This document shows, in pieces, positions 1 through 10,087 of a stretch of 64,000 nt of DNA. Under the pieces are notes generated by a model. The model saw nothing but the letters and a program-made list of their open reading frames with translations. It was not told where the DNA came from and searched no databases. The translations under genes were made by a program, and so were the position numbers. Source of the DNA: Trypanosoma brucei (lineage: Eukaryota); assembly GCA_000002445.1 (NCBI GenBank), contig CH464491.1, positions 832,001 to 896,000 of the forward strand. Direction: 5' to 3'. Positions within the stretch are counted from its first letter, which is position 1. Each line of letters begins with the position of its first letter.

Positions 1-103
1 GAGTGTCGCTGCCGCCCACGCACAAAAACGTATCCGCACAAAAATCTCCTTTCCCAGGGAAGAAAAGAGCAAGGAGATCCAAGAAGGAAAGAAATGACGG
101 AAT

Positions 104-1258
104 TCACATGAAAGGCGCTCCAGTACTCATGGATCCCAGTACCTGCTTGTTGCGATATTTGTACCCGTTATACTTATTAAGCGATGGGGGAAGACGCATC
201 GACTCGATGCAAGCATCATCCAACCGAAACGAGCTGCGGTGATGCATACGCGTCAACGTACTAATGGACCCAGTGGGGGGCGACACCATGGAGTGATACG
301 TGTCAACTGTCAGGTTAAACCAGCGCTTCACAAACATACGGATTGTTTGTCCGTGTGTTAATATCACCACATTTGTGTCCATGGGAAAGTCCATCCGCTC
401 CCGCTGGAAGGCATCTAAGAAGCTTGTAACCCGATCACACACATCAGCGCCACTTTCGCCGTGGGGAAAGCGGTAATAGAACTTGCCATACTTTTCCCTT
501 TCAGCTAGATGGTGCAGGAGCTCCCCCTTTGACTTATATCGTCCGATGTCTCCATCCCGCAGTCGAACATCCTCTCGCACCCCAACAATAGACTCACCTT
601 CCATCTTGTGCTCACTTCTATAGGCATCATACCCGCGCAGCACATGCTTGAATGACTGACGGCACCGCACGTAGGGGGAAAGGTAGTAATACACTGGCTC
701 ATCCCCAATGAGCTGAGCCAGCCGGCGGCCCGCATCATAAGATTCCTCCTCACCCTCAGGAACTATAGGAATACGCCAATCAGGAGTTGTCACGTGCGTG
801 CAAACGTTGACGTTGGCCAGGCTTCTACCGTTGCGCAGGAATATAATGCGCTTCACAGGCTCAACAGGTTGCGTTGGGAACTTAAGCATTTGGCGGCGGT
901 CACCACTGCGAATAGTAATGGACATCCTACCCTGAGACTCCGTGTGTGTTACGTAGGCCGAAGTTGGAGAAGGCACGGAGAACATTGATGAAGCGGGGTC
1001 CGTTGTGGCTGCATTTGCTGCAGTTTCACAAAGGTTAACAGCAACTGCAGGTTCTTCTACTAGTGCCTTGGTTTCCTTTGAGACTTCCAAGGGCCTCACT
1101 GTCTGGGTAGTTGGTTGAGGGTGAAGGTGAGGTGGCCACGTGGAAGACGTGAAGTGCATAACGTCGCATAGCGGTGCCTTTAGTGACCCACATGACACAA
1201 TACGATCCCACTGCTTGCAAATCCGGTGATGAGAGCACCTGCGTACAACTGCCATCAC
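104..1258 (-). CDS. Histidine phosphatase / phosphoglycerate mutase family protein, divergent paralog with RHG->RNG in the catalytic motif
   Basis: 384-aa ORF. It is homologous along its length to the adjacent ORF 1642..2541 (shared ...YYLSPY.R..Q..., YYRFP.GES..DV.DRV..F.D...RE and HG..IR.FV.RW blocks). The N-terminal signature reads IIFLRNGRSLANV instead of LLLVRHGESEANV. Confidence 0.6.
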   Translation of the reverse strand: MMAVVRRCSHHRICKQWDRIVSCGSLKAPLCDVMHFTSSTWPPHLHPQPTTQTVRPLEVSKETKALVEEPAVAVNLCETAANAATTDPASSMFSVPSPTSAYVTHTESQGRMSITIRSGDRRQMLKFPTQPVEPVKRIIFLRNGRSLANVNVCTHVTTPDWRIPIVPEGEEESYDAGRRLAQLIGDEPVYYYLSPYVRCRQSFKHVLRGYDAYRSEHKMEGESIVGVREDVRLRDGDIGRYKSKGELLHHLAEREKYGKFYYRFPHGESGADVCDRVTSFLDAFQRERMDFPMDTNVVILTHGQTIRMFVKRWFNLTVDTYHSMVSPPTGSISTLTRMHHRSSFRLDDACIESMRLPPSLNKYNGYKYRNKQVLGSMSTGAPFM

Positions 1259-1641
1259 GTAGGGGGGAACTCACAGACCACAACTAAAGCTAAAAGAAAC
1301 GATCCGCGACAGCAAAAACGTGAGACTAAACGATAAAATCACAGAGCTAAAATAAGAGCCAAGAGAAACAACTCAAGAGAAGAAAGTAAAACAAAGAAGA
1401 AGAGAGCACGCAAATGCCGCCGGTTAAAAAACAGCTAGCAGGTAAGCGTGTGATGTTGAAAAGAGTGACCTTGGGAGAGGAGTGAGGGGTGACACGCACG
1501 AAAATGAGTGAACACACACATATACCAGGTACGTAAATACGTGTTACGTACATTACACCACTTTGCAAAATCCTTCAACATCACCTTCCCCTCGGGTATG
1601 TACAAGCACCTCTGACTCAGCAAGCATTCACAACCATCAAA

Positions 1642-2541
1642 TTACCGGTCCGTTCCCTCGCCTGCGGAAAAGGAGTAGCCACCTTCAGCGAACAGGTGAC
1701 GAAACAGTTGAACATTATCCTTTCCGTCAAACTTCATCATCTCTAAGAGTGGATCACTGCCGAAAAGCTTCTTGCTAGTATCCGTCATCACCAGTCGCCC
1801 CGCCTCACGCCTCTCCAGCACGACAATCCCGCAGTTGGGTGGGTTCTTCATCGTTTCAAAGACTTCCATCGGCGCCGAATACCACCGCCCAACAAACAAC
1901 CTAATCAAAAGTCCATGCGATATTATCACAACATTATGATCATCGTCGTCCGGTACCGTAAACGAGGCAGGACCGACGTCGTTGCTACTGCCAGTGATCA
2001 TTTGCTTCCGCGCCGAGAGATAATTTAGTTCCACACGTTCGCGAAAGAGGGAATCGAAAAACTTGGACACGCGGTCGCCGACATCCACACTACTTTCACC
2101 ATCTGGAAATCTGTAGTACGAGCGTCCAAACTCACTACGTTCAGCCCACATCTCGTCCATCTTGTCCAGTGGTTGGAAATTGCCAATCTCCTGCTCCCGC
2201 AACCGCTCGTCCTCGCGCTCACCTTGCACCTGTGACGGCAGTAGACTCTTGCGCACCTCGGTTAGGGTCTGTCTGGTGCGCGTGTACGGAGAATAGTAGA
2301 CGTACAATTTTTCATTCTTTATGATCTTCCGGAGCCTCCGGCCGCACTCGAAGGCCTGCTCGCGGCCCCGCGCCGTCAGCGGTATCTTCCAGTCCGGAAC
2401 CTTGCTATACAATGCGCGATCCACATTTGCCTCGGACTCGCCGTGTCGCACAAGAAGCAGCCGCCGTGGGAGCCAGTAACCACTCGACATATCCAGCTTG
2501 CGCCCACATCGTGACATATCACAACTCAAGTGCTGGCGCAA
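1642..2541 (-). CDS. Histidine phosphatase (phosphoglycerate mutase family) with intact RHGE catalytic motif
   Basis: 299-aa ORF containing LLLVRHGESEANVD (the RHG catalytic-His signature of PGAM/branch-1 histidine phosphatases), a YYSPYTRTRQT segment and a downstream ISHGLLIR second-His region. Confidence 0.7.
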   Translation of the reverse strand: MRQHLSCDMSRCGRKLDMSSGYWLPRRLLLVRHGESEANVDRALYSKVPDWKIPLTARGREQAFECGRRLRKIIKNEKLYVYYSPYTRTRQTLTEVRKSLLPSQVQGEREDERLREQEIGNFQPLDKMDEMWAERSEFGRSYYRFPDGESSVDVGDRVSKFFDSLFRERVELNYLSARKQMITGSSNDVGPASFTVPDDDDHNVVIISHGLLIRLFVGRWYSAPMEVFETMKNPPNCGIVVLERREAGRLVMTDTSKKLFGSDPLLEMMKFDGKDNVQLFRHLFAEGGYSFSAGEGTDR

Positions 2542-3972
2542 TGGAGTGTATGGGGAAGCCTATATAAATGGTTCAACCTGCTTTCCTCAATATTGCGCTA
2601 ACAATCTGCTTCACAGCGAAGATAAATTAATCAAAAGAAAATATACTGTTATATTGTTCGGCTTACTTACCCGCACCGGACCAATTTCACAGCTTTCACA
2701 CATTTAGGGTTGGAAGAGACAAGAGCATCCAGTAGAAAGAAGAAGAATCAGGAGTTCATAGTGAAAAGGGTTTTCCGTCATGATGCAAGGATCAAAAATC
2801 CCATCAGCCCCCGGCTAGTGTTTGGGTGTGAGTAATTTACCTACTGTGGAGCCTTCCCACCACGCGGAAGGTATATGAGGCACTACAGTTCCAAACCCAC
2901 AGTAAGCGCGATATCTAACACATTCAACAGTTGAATCATCGGCATATGCGTGTGTACATGTGCATATGCATGTGCGTGGCCCTTAGAGCTTTTCCTTCAC
3001 ATGTACTACCAAGTTGAAAGGCAAAGGGAAAGAGATGCGAAACAATAAGGCAAAACAATGGCATAAAAGTGAAACACAGAATTAGTATGTGACACACAAG
3101 GGGAAGAAGCAGGCACCACTGTCGGCAGTTGCGCATAACAGCGTGTTGAAGATAATCGGTGATAGACAACCCACTGAGAACTTTCCGTACAAGCTCTCCT
3201 GGAGACAAGGGAAACAAGACAAAGTCAAGAAAGAATAACCTTTAAAAATGGCCGCTCAGTTTAGACTCATAGTCAGACAAATAAAGAAAAAAAAATACCT
3301 GGACATTGCTTTACCGTTTGCTCACCCAGCTTTTGTCATCACTGTAGATGAAAAGACTGCTATCCTTTCCTTCGCTAGCTTTGCCCCACTTGTTCTCATT
3401 CTTCAACTTCCATTTGTTACGGGTGCCACACACAACATATGATAGTCGCGGGTAGTGAAAGGTCACCGAAAAAACTTTGCATGAGAACACGTAAAAACGA
3501 AAAAATTGAAGGGAAGGGAAAGAAAAGTGGCAGGGGTGGCATTTGGTTAAGTTTTCTGAAGGGTCAAACCCTAACCCATTCGTTCCATAGACACGTCTTA
3601 CTTTCACTTCTCTGTCTCTTTCCTGCTACTTTGCTGTACATAAGGTGGAATTTGGAAATGTAAAATAGCGTGCGCAGAAAAAAAAAAAGAAAGGCACATA
3701 TATCAAACAACCAAGCAACTACAGTTTCTACTCGGCGACGGCCACTTTACACACAACTACGTATTGTGGATAGATAAGGGATGAGTGAATGAATGAGGAG
3801 AAGCGAACTTATTCTGCATAATAATAATAATATTAATAATAATAATACAGACCATGACAACGGATAACGCCCCGCCTCTTCCCCTTGCATCTCATGTCAC
3901 CCCTCCCCCGCTCCACTCCGCATGCTCCACATGTACAGTTCGAGCGAGCTTCCCACCCTATTCCATGCCTAA

Positions 3973-4338
3973 CTAAGCGAGGTCGGTATCCGCACCAGCG
4001 GCCTCAAGTTTTTCCTTAATATCATTCATAAAGGGCATGATGCGCTCGCGCTGGATGCGAAGGTTGGCAACAGCTTCCTCACCCTCCATTACTGTTCCAT
4101 CATCATCCCAAAGGTCTGTGCAATCCTGCACGTACTGGTTTTTCGTACCGTACCGCTCGAAAACAAAGTATCGAATGGCCAATGCCTGGACGAGGATCAC
4201 ACTGCAGGTGATCTTCAGTAGCGTCTTCATAGTAGCACCACTGATGCCCGTTTCACCAGGATTAGGGTAAAAGTACGTGCGTGCACCGGCGGCGGCGGTG
4301 CGTGCAAGTGGAGTGGAGCAAACGCAACGGCGGAGCAT
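3973..4338 (-). CDS. Hypothetical small protein with an Arg/Ala-rich N-terminus resembling a mitochondrial presequence and one predicted TM helix
   Basis: 121-aa ORF on the sense strand of the cluster. N-terminus MLRRCVCSTPLARTAAAGART; hydrophobic stretch TLLKITCSVILVQALAIRYFVF; acidic C-terminus. No recognisable family. Confidence 0.3.
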   Translation of the reverse strand: MLRRCVCSTPLARTAAAGARTYFYPNPGETGISGATMKTLLKITCSVILVQALAIRYFVFERYGTKNQYVQDCTDLWDDDGTVMEGEEAVANLRIQRERIMPFMNDIKEKLEAAGADTDLA

Positions 4339-4695
4339 CTTCGTCTGGTATGTCTCTGCCTTGTTATTGTTTTTTTTTTTGATGAAGCTGATGTCTGTAC
4401 ACTGTTAGTAACTGTACAAACTCTTTCCTAACGCTACTACTAAATGTATCACGAAAAATACTACCTTCTATTTTCTTTTTTCTCGATATATGCTATCTCT
4501 TTGTGTATGCGGTTTAACCCTGTTGAGAACAAAGAAATTGTAAAGGGGTGAAACCGAGCTACCGTTTGCAACACGTTCCCAAGCGGACAGGTGTTCCCCC
4601 AAAATATGATCTCAGGAGCAGAGTGCGGCGAAGGGTGAAAAAAGTTAGAATAGAGTGAGTACGTATATATAATTACTCGGCATTAACCTTTTACT

Positions 4696-5823
4696 TTAGT
4701 CGAGTTCATCACCGCTAGTCATAACGTAGGCGTCGACGATATCGTCCAGAAGCGGCAGCACATGTTCGTTAAGGAATTTGCAGGTGTCAGCCTGAACCTT
4801 ACCCGCAGTTACCGATGCCTGAAGATGTTTCTTTGCATTTAACTCTTCTAGTAGCCCAATACCCGCCTCGGTTTGCATGAGATTCGCAGTAATTTCCGCG
4901 AGCAGCATCTCGATTTCCCCAATGTGTTCAGCGCCATCACTCAGGCGCTCAACACACACACGAAGGCAGCGGCTGCGCAGAATCCCAGGGTGTCGCTCAC
5001 GCTGGAAACTGCAGTTGCGAAAACACTGTGCTGCCAGCAACCGATGCCGCGGGTTCAAGGAACTAAGACAGTCTGAAAGAGCCATTAACCAGTCGTCATC
5101 TTCCAGCAGAAGCTCCTGTCCGTCTGCTACGCGCGTGACGTTTAGTAAGATCTGCAAAATCCACCGCTGAAGGTCACGGGGAACTGTCTTGTTCAACTCC
5201 TCACTCTTGTTTCCGCCACTGTTACTACGAACCGCATCCCCCTCGCTAAGTTTCTTGTTGTCATCTCCCCCATCTTCCTGCTGCTGCTCCCCAGCTACAG
5301 CAACCTCAACACTGCAACCATCGTCAACAGTAAATCGGGTGTAATATGTCAGCAACTTTCCCAAGTAAAATCCACGAAGATCTTCATCAGTCACCTGCAA
5401 CAGATCATCTACCGCGCTCACGTGACTTGCCGTCAGGTTGCTTAGGAGCATCAACGTCATTTCCTCCAACCCCCGCTGGAGCGACTGGGGATGATCAGAG
5501 GCCTCAACGCTGTCAATAAGTCGCATAGCCCTGCGCACAACCTTCTGGGTCACAAGAACCTCCGTGCATGTGCCATCCGCGGCGCAGTTGATGAGTACAG
5601 TCAAGACATCCCCCAACAAGGCGACGCTTCCCGCGTGCAAAAACTGGAGCAAGACGTCAATGCAACGGGGGCCGTGCGTAGAAGATGCGAGGAGAGCAAA
5701 GAGCTCCTTGTTGTCTTTGCTCTGTTGTGCAAGTCCCTGGACAGCCATTTTGCGCACATCCTCGCGTCCACTGCTAATGAACCCGAAGACCTCTACGAGT
5801 TCCGTCTCGCAGTCATCGCCCAT
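4696..5823 (-). CDS. HGH1 (FAM203/brain protein 16) homolog, ARM/HEAT-like
   Basis: 375-aa ORF. MLLSNLTASHVS and CFRNCSFQRERHPGIL align with the conserved LLSNLS... and LRNCCFEH.HH..LL blocks of HGH1 proteins as I recall them. Helical repeat character throughout. Confidence 0.5.
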   Translation of the reverse strand: MGDDCETELVEVFGFISSGREDVRKMAVQGLAQQSKDNKELFALLASSTHGPRCIDVLLQFLHAGSVALLGDVLTVLINCAADGTCTEVLVTQKVVRRAMRLIDSVEASDHPQSLQRGLEEMTLMLLSNLTASHVSAVDDLLQVTDEDLRGFYLGKLLTYYTRFTVDDGCSVEVAVAGEQQQEDGGDDNKKLSEGDAVRSNSGGNKSEELNKTVPRDLQRWILQILLNVTRVADGQELLLEDDDWLMALSDCLSSLNPRHRLLAAQCFRNCSFQRERHPGILRSRCLRVCVERLSDGAEHIGEIEMLLAEITANLMQTEAGIGLLEELNAKKHLQASVTAGKVQADTCKFLNEHVLPLLDDIVDAYVMTSGDELD

Positions 5824-6466
5824 TTTCCCGATTTCCTCACACCTTCACTACTTCGTTTCTTCGCTCTTGGTGGAAGCAGCGTACGAGCAGATTGATAACG
5901 ATGAACGGTAACGAGAGAGTGCTAATAAATAAAAAGGTACAAAATTGGGAGAAGCGATGCGATGGGCGAACTGCCTGCGGTGGCAGTATATGTGCCCAAC
6001 AACAAAATCTACCACCCGATTTCCACGCTTAACGAACGGTGAGAGTGGTGGGACAAAAAGGGTGAAAAAGGGAGCAACCCAGCAAGAGACTGAACCAACA
6101 ATGCGGACGGGGCCTTGCACACCGCGGCTTTCCTACCCTCACAATACAGAACACAGCAGCGGAGGAACAAACGGGAGGAAAAACAAAGTGGGATTAGCGA
6201 ACCTAATGTGAACACCAGCCCCATTCTTGCGTCTAGCCATGCATTTCGCCCTTATTTTGTTACACGTACCCTTTCCAACTCACAAACAGGCGCCCAGGAG
6301 GCCCTTGTAAGCACCCGCAGACACATGTATGTATACAAATGTGTATACGTGCACGCATCCGTGCGCTCAGGGAAAGAGATCAAAAGAGTGAATAAGGCCA
6401 CCCACATCCTTCTGAGCTACATCAAGCGTACGAGCACCTCTTACCGTCTTATCTCCACCCCACACG

Positions 6467-8887
6467 TCACCATTTCGGTTGTGATGTCACAAAAAGCTGC
6501 TGTTGTGTTACAGCAACCTTTTTCGCCTCTTCCACTAAAAGATCATGCGCCTTCTGCCCGCATGCCATACGCAATGACCGCACTGCGGCGAAAAGATCCC
6601 GAGCGCTCTGCTGGGGCATGAGGGACGGCTCTACATAACCCGAGTCGTTTATCTGTTCAATAAGTTCAAAGACATGGCGCAGATACTCCACAATAACAGA
6701 GCTCCTCGATGCGGCAAGCCGAACGGAAAGCACAACCTCCTCTACGAAAACTTGCAGAAGCCATGTGACAGCAGTGACGCACGAACGGCTTCGGTGCACA
6801 ACAGCCCCGCCGTATGTAAGGGCCTTTCGTGCCAAGCTGTGCAGCTCACGCATAAGCGCAGCCTCGTCCTGCACCAACTGGAACTCAAGCGTACGGTCTG
6901 TCCCACCAAGAGCCAAGTCGAGTCGCGCAGTAGTCTTCGCGTGCTGGTCCGCTGCCGTCCGCAAAGCAGCAAACGTCATCCAAAAGTGCGACTCAGCGAG
7001 CTCCATTTCAGTGGGTGTGGCCGACAGGGCAATGCTATCCCTTCGGAGGTTTGGTAGGATAGTTCGACGTATTATCCCTGCCACGTCTGTAATAGCGTCC
7101 AGCTCCGCGCGTGGTTCCGCCAACCAGAAAGAGCCACAGGCCTCGAGTGAGTGACGCAAGGCGACGATGAAGTCGTCAGGTGAATCCGCATGCATCGCCC
7201 GCCACATCACAGCCTCTGCAAGGGGATTATGCGTCAGCAGGGTGGCGGGTTCCACCTTCTGGTTCAGCAACCGCATCACCTCGTCGTGTACTTCACTCAC
7301 TGGATCAGCCTTACAAAACATCTGTACCAGCTTTTCTTCTAGAGCTTCCACCTCTTCCCGTTTGGTTAGCTGCAGCTCTCGGCACCTACACGCAACAAGG
7401 AACGCAGCGTACACCGAGGCTCGCTGCCGTGCATCACGCAGACGTAAGTTCATCGCAATTACCGCCCTCATTGCGTCCTGTGGCGCGTAATGTGGAAGCT
7501 GCACAAGACTTTCGGCATATCGAGTGAGAGCCTCGGCAAGGCTAGTCGAGTACACTTGTACAGAACGTGAGTGTAACGCCTCACTGTACGCTGTATCAAG
7601 GCACAGTAACAAGTGGGAAACCAACCTAACGCCATTAGGGTCGCTTTGAGCAACACCTTTGACTCTGCTCAAATCATTCAACACATTTGTCCAATCCGCG
7701 TTGTCGGAGGAAAGAAAGTGAAGAATGACGCGCATTTGTAGCTTTTCCTCAAACGACACTGTGGCAAAGTAACTACTCTCAAGTCTATCGGCAAGACGAC
7801 GCACTACTGACTGTGCCGTTTCGTCTTGCCAAGAGTCATGCGATCCAGTGAGTCGCTCTACCAGAGCCCCATATGGTGCCTGGACATTATGGCGTGCAGC
7901 CATCAGCGTCTTTGTAAAGCACAGCACCAGTGCAGAGCGAAGGTGACACCACACCACGTCCTTCCAGTTTCCCGTAGCGAAGGCTGGCTCCATAACATCC
8001 AGGTTGCCGCACAGCACTGCCGCAATAAGCCCATCCAAGCCTCCGCCTGCTGTTTGTCCCTCACTTGATGTGGAAAGGGCCACAGAGTCTTCATACAGCT
8101 GAGAAAGATTATCAAGTCGGTGCTCATTGCACGCCCACTCCAGATCCACCTCCCCGTTGCCGTATTCCCCGAATAAGGGCACCAAAGGTGTTGCGTTAAA
8201 CCACGGTTCTGCCACCGTTTGCATCTGCGCGGCGCTCAGCAGGCAGCTGTACATGCAGTCTTTGGCCGTCACTGACAAATCTATGGCACGGTGAAGCTCA
8301 CCACCGCGTAAGCACGATAGAACAATCTGTCGCAGCAGCACAGCCTCTTCAGGGGTGCGAGACGAAGCCAACTTCAGGGGTGCGTTCCCGGTGCGGTAAA
8401 CCCGCTCCAGCCACCGGATAATAATGTTCATACGGCGGAGCAACGGTTGACGCTGCAGCAAGTCTTGGATATGGGCTTGATGAGAAACGTACCACTGCCT
8501 ATGGGGCTGTACTTTCGCTATGCCAATAGCATCGGGGTTGTACTTCACAGCTTGTTCCGCATCCAGTAGAAGTTCTAATAGCAAACTCCACAAATTAGAC
8601 TCCTCCACACGATTATCTCGTTTGGACCACCGCATGAACTGATCGGCTGTAAAGACAGAACGAACCACGGAGCCAAGATAAACTTCGGCAAAAGCCCGCG
8701 ATGGGTGCGCCGAAGTGCTGTTCGTGTCGTTTGCAGCTCCAGTGTCCAACCAATTATCGTGGACAGCAAATATAGAGCCACGATCATAAATACTGACCTT
8801 CTCACCAAGTGGCGGCAACTCCACCATGCCATGCTGCTGCTCAAATGTTGTCAGCATGTCTTTAAGTGTCGTCGGCTTTCCTTCCAC
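6467..8887 (-). CDS. Nucleoporin of the Nup84/Nup107 family (candidate Nup89-type outer-ring nucleoporin)
   Basis: 806-aa all-helical ORF of the size and composition expected for the kinetoplastid Nup84/107 ortholog (~89 kDa). The call rests on a weak, remembered similarity to Nup107-domain proteins and is not motif-proven. Confidence 0.35.
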   Translation of the reverse strand: MEGKPTTLKDMLTTFEQQHGMVELPPLGEKVSIYDRGSIFAVHDNWLDTGAANDTNSTSAHPSRAFAEVYLGSVVRSVFTADQFMRWSKRDNRVEESNLWSLLLELLLDAEQAVKYNPDAIGIAKVQPHRQWYVSHQAHIQDLLQRQPLLRRMNIIIRWLERVYRTGNAPLKLASSRTPEEAVLLRQIVLSCLRGGELHRAIDLSVTAKDCMYSCLLSAAQMQTVAEPWFNATPLVPLFGEYGNGEVDLEWACNEHRLDNLSQLYEDSVALSTSSEGQTAGGGLDGLIAAVLCGNLDVMEPAFATGNWKDVVWCHLRSALVLCFTKTLMAARHNVQAPYGALVERLTGSHDSWQDETAQSVVRRLADRLESSYFATVSFEEKLQMRVILHFLSSDNADWTNVLNDLSRVKGVAQSDPNGVRLVSHLLLCLDTAYSEALHSRSVQVYSTSLAEALTRYAESLVQLPHYAPQDAMRAVIAMNLRLRDARQRASVYAAFLVACRCRELQLTKREEVEALEEKLVQMFCKADPVSEVHDEVMRLLNQKVEPATLLTHNPLAEAVMWRAMHADSPDDFIVALRHSLEACGSFWLAEPRAELDAITDVAGIIRRTILPNLRRDSIALSATPTEMELAESHFWMTFAALRTAADQHAKTTARLDLALGGTDRTLEFQLVQDEAALMRELHSLARKALTYGGAVVHRSRSCVTAVTWLLQVFVEEVVLSVRLAASRSSVIVEYLRHVFELIEQINDSGYVEPSLMPQQSARDLFAAVRSLRMACGQKAHDLLVEEAKKVAVTQQQLFVTSQPKW

Positions 8888-9259
8888 TATCCCCGTTGAC
8901 TGCCGCGGTTAAGCCGCTTTTCCACCTTCTTCACCTATTGTATACTCACGAGTCTGTTGTTTACCCACTATTTTCACACACGTGCGCGACGTCGAACAAC
9001 AAAAAAAAGGGGGAAAACTCTTTTTTCAAAAGGTAAAACACCCCAAGTTAAAAAGATATGCTTTACGGATGGCAGAGTTTTAAAAAAAGAAAAGGTGCAA
9101 CCACGCACTCATAATCACATATATGCATGACAGCAACGGCTACACTACTTTTTGTAGCGAGAACGGTGCAGCCAATGATGACGCCCCATCGGAAAAACTA
9201 CGCTGAAATGTGATGACACCGAAGTAGCCACATTCCGGACCCAATGAACGGCTCCCTCA

Positions 9260-9586
9260 TTAAAGTGCTTTCATTTCAGATTCTTCCCCCGATCCGCCCA
9301 GAAGTAGCCGCTCATAATCCTTTGCTGGTGGGACTTTATCACTCATAGGTGGTCCATTCCAAACTTCTTCAATCGGTCTGACGCGCTCCCACGCGAACCC
9401 AAGCGCGACCCGCCGCTTCACCGCTTCCTCATCACTAATCTTACCATCAAGGGTGGTGCTCACTACAACCTTGGAAAGTGACGGGAAGGTGCTCATAGGC
9501 GGTTCGCGTCTTTCCAGGTACCGCGGCTGATACCAACCGAACTGCGGACTAACATCTGAAACGCTAGCATCAGGAAGAGCACTCAT
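9260..9586 (-). CDS. Hypothetical small protein
   Basis: 108-aa ORF on the sense strand between two larger genes. No recognisable domain. Confidence 0.2.
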   Translation of the reverse strand: MSALPDASVSDVSPQFGWYQPRYLERREPPMSTFPSLSKVVVSTTLDGKISDEEAVKRRVALGFAWERVRPIEEVWNGPPMSDKVPPAKDYERLLLGGSGEESEMKAL

Positions 9587-9680
9587 TGCTAGAGATGATC
9601 CCTCTACGTCTCACCTTCCCTTCTCGTCACGCTCTGTAATACACATGAAAAAGAAAGAAGTTTCCACGAATGAGTTCAAC

Positions 9681-9700
9681 ATATATATATATATATATAT
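9681..9700. repeat. (AT)10 microsatellite
   Basis: A direct dinucleotide repeat is visible in an intergenic region. Confidence 0.9.
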
Positions 9701-10087
9701 AAAGTTGTGAGGCAATGTCACCATACATGCAACCACACGTCCTCTCACAAGAGAGGAAAAGGGAAAAGCAGCTTAAGTACGTGTATATGTGTTTGGCATC
9801 AGTTTGAGAAGTTCCAACCACAGCACGTCAAACTTCACTTCGTATGCTGAGTGTCCGTTGATTGCCGCGCGACACGCCATTGCAGAGACCGGTGGAAATT
9901 CTCCACAATTGGGGAACGACGACGCCACACAGCAAAGCAAGGGGAAATCTCTATCCTTGAAAAAAAAACTGTGTATATTTATGAATATAACGTATAGAAC
10001 ATGCGCAAAACTGCATCAGCCATGTCAACAAAAAAAGGGCAAAACTGTAGCTTCGTGGTGGGGGTACATCAGAATCTATACCACTAC

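Noticed and set aside
3311-3607. 98-aa minus-strand ORF with a basic C-terminus (CGTRNKWKLKNENKWGKA) reminiscent of a small ribosomal protein
   Set aside because: It does not match any ribosomal protein family I could recall (L39, L40, S30, L36a, L41). Its N-terminus is hydrophobic nonsense. It lies in a T-rich UTR-like stretch.
5491-7527. Plus-strand ORFs (5491..5895, 5564..5911, 6674..7057, 6765..7154, 7167..7490, 7180..7527) inside the HGH1 and nucleoporin genes
   Set aside because: They are antisense to better-supported minus-strand genes. They are mutually overlapping, Ser/Arg/Ala-rich, and have no domains.
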